DNA from: Vicugna vicugna
Taxonomy: Eukaryota
Reading direction: 5' to 3'
Length of the DNA stretch: 20,868 nt
Assembly: GCA_013265495.1 (NCBI GenBank)
Contig: MU058793.1
Coordinates: 649,970-670,837 of the forward strand
Notes under the pieces: generated by a model
What the model was told of the DNA's origin: nothing
The model's database searches: none
What the model saw: only the letters and a program-made list of their open reading frames with translations
Shown here: piece after piece, positions 18,754 to 20,868 of the stretch
Numbering within the stretch: the stretch's first letter is position 1
Layout: each line of letters opens with the position of its first letter
Translations under genes and position numbers: made by a program

Positions 18754-20868
18754 ATGGCAATAAAAACACATCTATCATTAATTACTGTAAATGTTAATGG
18801 ACTAAATGCTCCAGTCAAAAGACATAGAGTGGCAGACTGGATAATAAAGCAAGAATCTTCAATATACTGCGTATAAGAGACCCACTTTAGGGAGAAGGAC
18901 ACATATAGATTGAGAGCAAAAGGATGGAAAAGGATATTCCATGCAAATGGAAAAGCCAAAAAAGCAAGTGTTGCAGTACTGATTTCAGACAAAATAGACT
19001 TTAAAACAAAGGCCATGAAGAAAGATAAAGAAGGACATTTTATAATGATTAAAGGAGTGATACAAGATGAGGATATTACACTCGTTAATATATATGCACC
19101 CAATATAGGAGCACCTAAGTATATAAAACAATTACTAACAGAGATAAAGGGGGATATTGATGGGAATACAATCATAGTTGCAGATTTCAATATCTCATTA
19201 ACATCACTAGATAGATCTTCCAGACACAAAATAAATAAGGCAACAGAGAAATTAAATAATACAATAGAAAAATTAGATTTGGTAGATATTTTCAGAGCAT
19301 TACACCCCCAAAAAATAGGATATACATTCTTTTGAAGTGCACATGGAACATTTTCCAGGATTGATCGTGTACTTGGGCACAATAGAAACATCAGCAATTT
19401 TAAGAAGACAGAAATTATATCAAGCATCTTTACTGACCACAATGCCATGAAACTAGAAATCAACAGCAGAGAAACAAAGGAGAACAAAGGGAAAGCATGG
19501 AGTTTAAACAATACGTTATTAAAAAAACCAATGGGTCAATGAGGAAATCAAAGGTGAAATTAAAAAATACCTTGAGACAAATGAAAATGAAAGCACAACC
19601 ACACAAAATTTATGGGACACAGCAAAGGCAGTGCTAAGAGGGAATTTTATAGCGATACAGGCCTTCCTCAAAAAAGAANNNNNNNNNNNNNNNNNNNNNN
19701 NNNNNNNNNNNNNNNNNNNNNNNNNNNNNNNNNNNNNNNNNNNNNNNNNNNNNNNNNNNNNNNNNNNNNNNNNNNNNNNNNNNNNNNNNNNNNNNNNNNN
19801 NNNNNNNNNNNNNNNNNNNNNNNNNNNNNNNNNNNNNNNNNNNNNNNNNNNNNNNNNNNNNNNNNNNNNNNNNNNNNNNNAATTAAATAAATCAACAAAC
19901 CTCTGGTCAAACTCACAAAGAAGAAAAAAGAGAGAGTACAAATTAGCAAAATAAGAAAGGATAATGGAGAAATTACAACAAATAAAATAGAAATACAGAA
20001 TATCATACGAGACTATTATGAAAAACTATACGGAACCAAACTGTATAACCTAGAGGAGATGGACAAGTTTCTGGGAACATATTGTCCACCAAGCCTGAAT
20101 CAAGAAGAAACTGACCACTTGAACAAACTGACCACTAGAAATGAAATCAAAATAGCAGTAAAAAACCTCCCTACAAATAAAAGTCCAGGTCCACACGGCT
20201 TCACTGGGGAATTCTACCAAACATACAAAAAGAACTCATATCAGTCCTTCTCAAACTCTTCCAGAAGATTGAAAAGGAGGGAATACTCCCAAACTCATTC
20301 TATGAAGCCACCATCACCCTGATACCAAAACCAGCCAAAGACACTACAAAAAAAGAGAATTATAGGCCAATATCACTGATAAACAGACACCAAAATCCTC
20401 ACCAAAATATTAGCAAATAGAATCTGACAACACATAAGAAAGATTATACATCATGACCAAGTGGGGTTCATCCCAGGGACACAAGGGTGGTTCAATATAC
20501 GCAAATCAATCAATGTAATACATCACATCAACAAGAGAAAGGACAAAAACCACATGATCATCTCAATCGATGCAGAAAAAGCATTTGATAAAATTCAACA
20601 CCCATTTATGATAAAAACTCTCACCAAAGTGGGTATAGAGGAAACATATCTCAACATAATGAAAGCTATATATGACAAACCTATAGCCAGCACAGTACTC
20701 AACAGCGAAAAACTCAAAAGCTTCCCACTAAAATCTGGGACAAGACAAGGCTGCCCACTATCACCACTCCTATTCAACATAGTCTTGGAAGTCCTAGCCA
20801 CAGCAATCAGACAAGAGAGAAATAAAAGGGATCCAAATTGGAAAAGAAGAAGTAAAAGTGTCACTATA
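18754..20868 (+). pseudogene. ORF2: LINE-1 ORF2p (APE-type endonuclease and N-terminal part of RT), disrupted and cut off by the window end
   Basis: Translates [83 protein letters not shown] and [18 protein letters not shown]. Stops at 18874, 19333 and 20425; frameshifts near 19525, 20229, 20385 and 20818. Confidence 0.96.
19679..19880. other. Assembly gap (202 N) within L1 ORF2
   Basis: Run of N. The flanks read FLKKE and INKPL, which are colinear parts of ORF2p. Confidence 0.99.

Larger units (their letters stand above)
15107..20868 (+). mobile_element. LINE-1 with intact 5' end (5' UTR, ORF1, spacer, ORF2), continuing beyond the window; inactivated as assembled
   Basis: Purine-rich start GAGGAGGCCAAGATGGCGG, CpG-rich UTR, and recognisable ORF1p and ORF2p translations in the expected order. 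Candidate left TSD AAGAATATTTTT at 15095-15106. Confidence 0.97.

Noticed and set aside
18630..19511. 293-aa minus-strand ORF, the longest in the window
   Set aside because: It is antisense to the L1 endonuclease domain, starts at TTG, and is Leu/Phe/Ile/Ser-rich as expected from the T-rich antisense strand of L1. Such shadow ORFs are common.
19519..20006. ORFs spanning the N run
   Set aside because: Artefacts of the assembly gap.

Overview
Mammalian non-coding DNA (intergenic or intronic) with no host protein-coding exon that I can support. It is most likely cetartiodactyl and possibly camelid: this is an inference from the L1 3' UTR style and from seeing no ruminant or pig SINEs. The last 5.8 kb (15107-20868) is the 5' part of a + strand LINE-1 with an intact 5' end. 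It has a YY1 site and CpG-rich promoter, an AT-rich tandem triplication in the 5' UTR, a disrupted ORF1, a 376-nt spacer, and a disrupted ORF2 (endonuclease and RT) that contains a 202-N assembly gap and runs off the window. The first 15 kb is a mosaic of repeats: three short L1 3' ends (two with clear target-site duplications), old L1M pieces, L2, MIR, MLT1-type LTRs, an ERV1-like LTR end and a MER103-like hAT fragment. Two ancient LINE remnants were identified by hand translation, an RTE-clade RT C-terminus (3221-3780) and a well preserved CR1 RT C-terminus (about 7670-8035). I found no convincing new biological system. The best leads are the preserved CR1 (possible exaptation), the L1 5' UTR and spacer architecture, a possible short 3' transduction, and homeodomain motif clusters in unique sequence. 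Repeat subfamily names come from recalled consensus sequences, not from a search.
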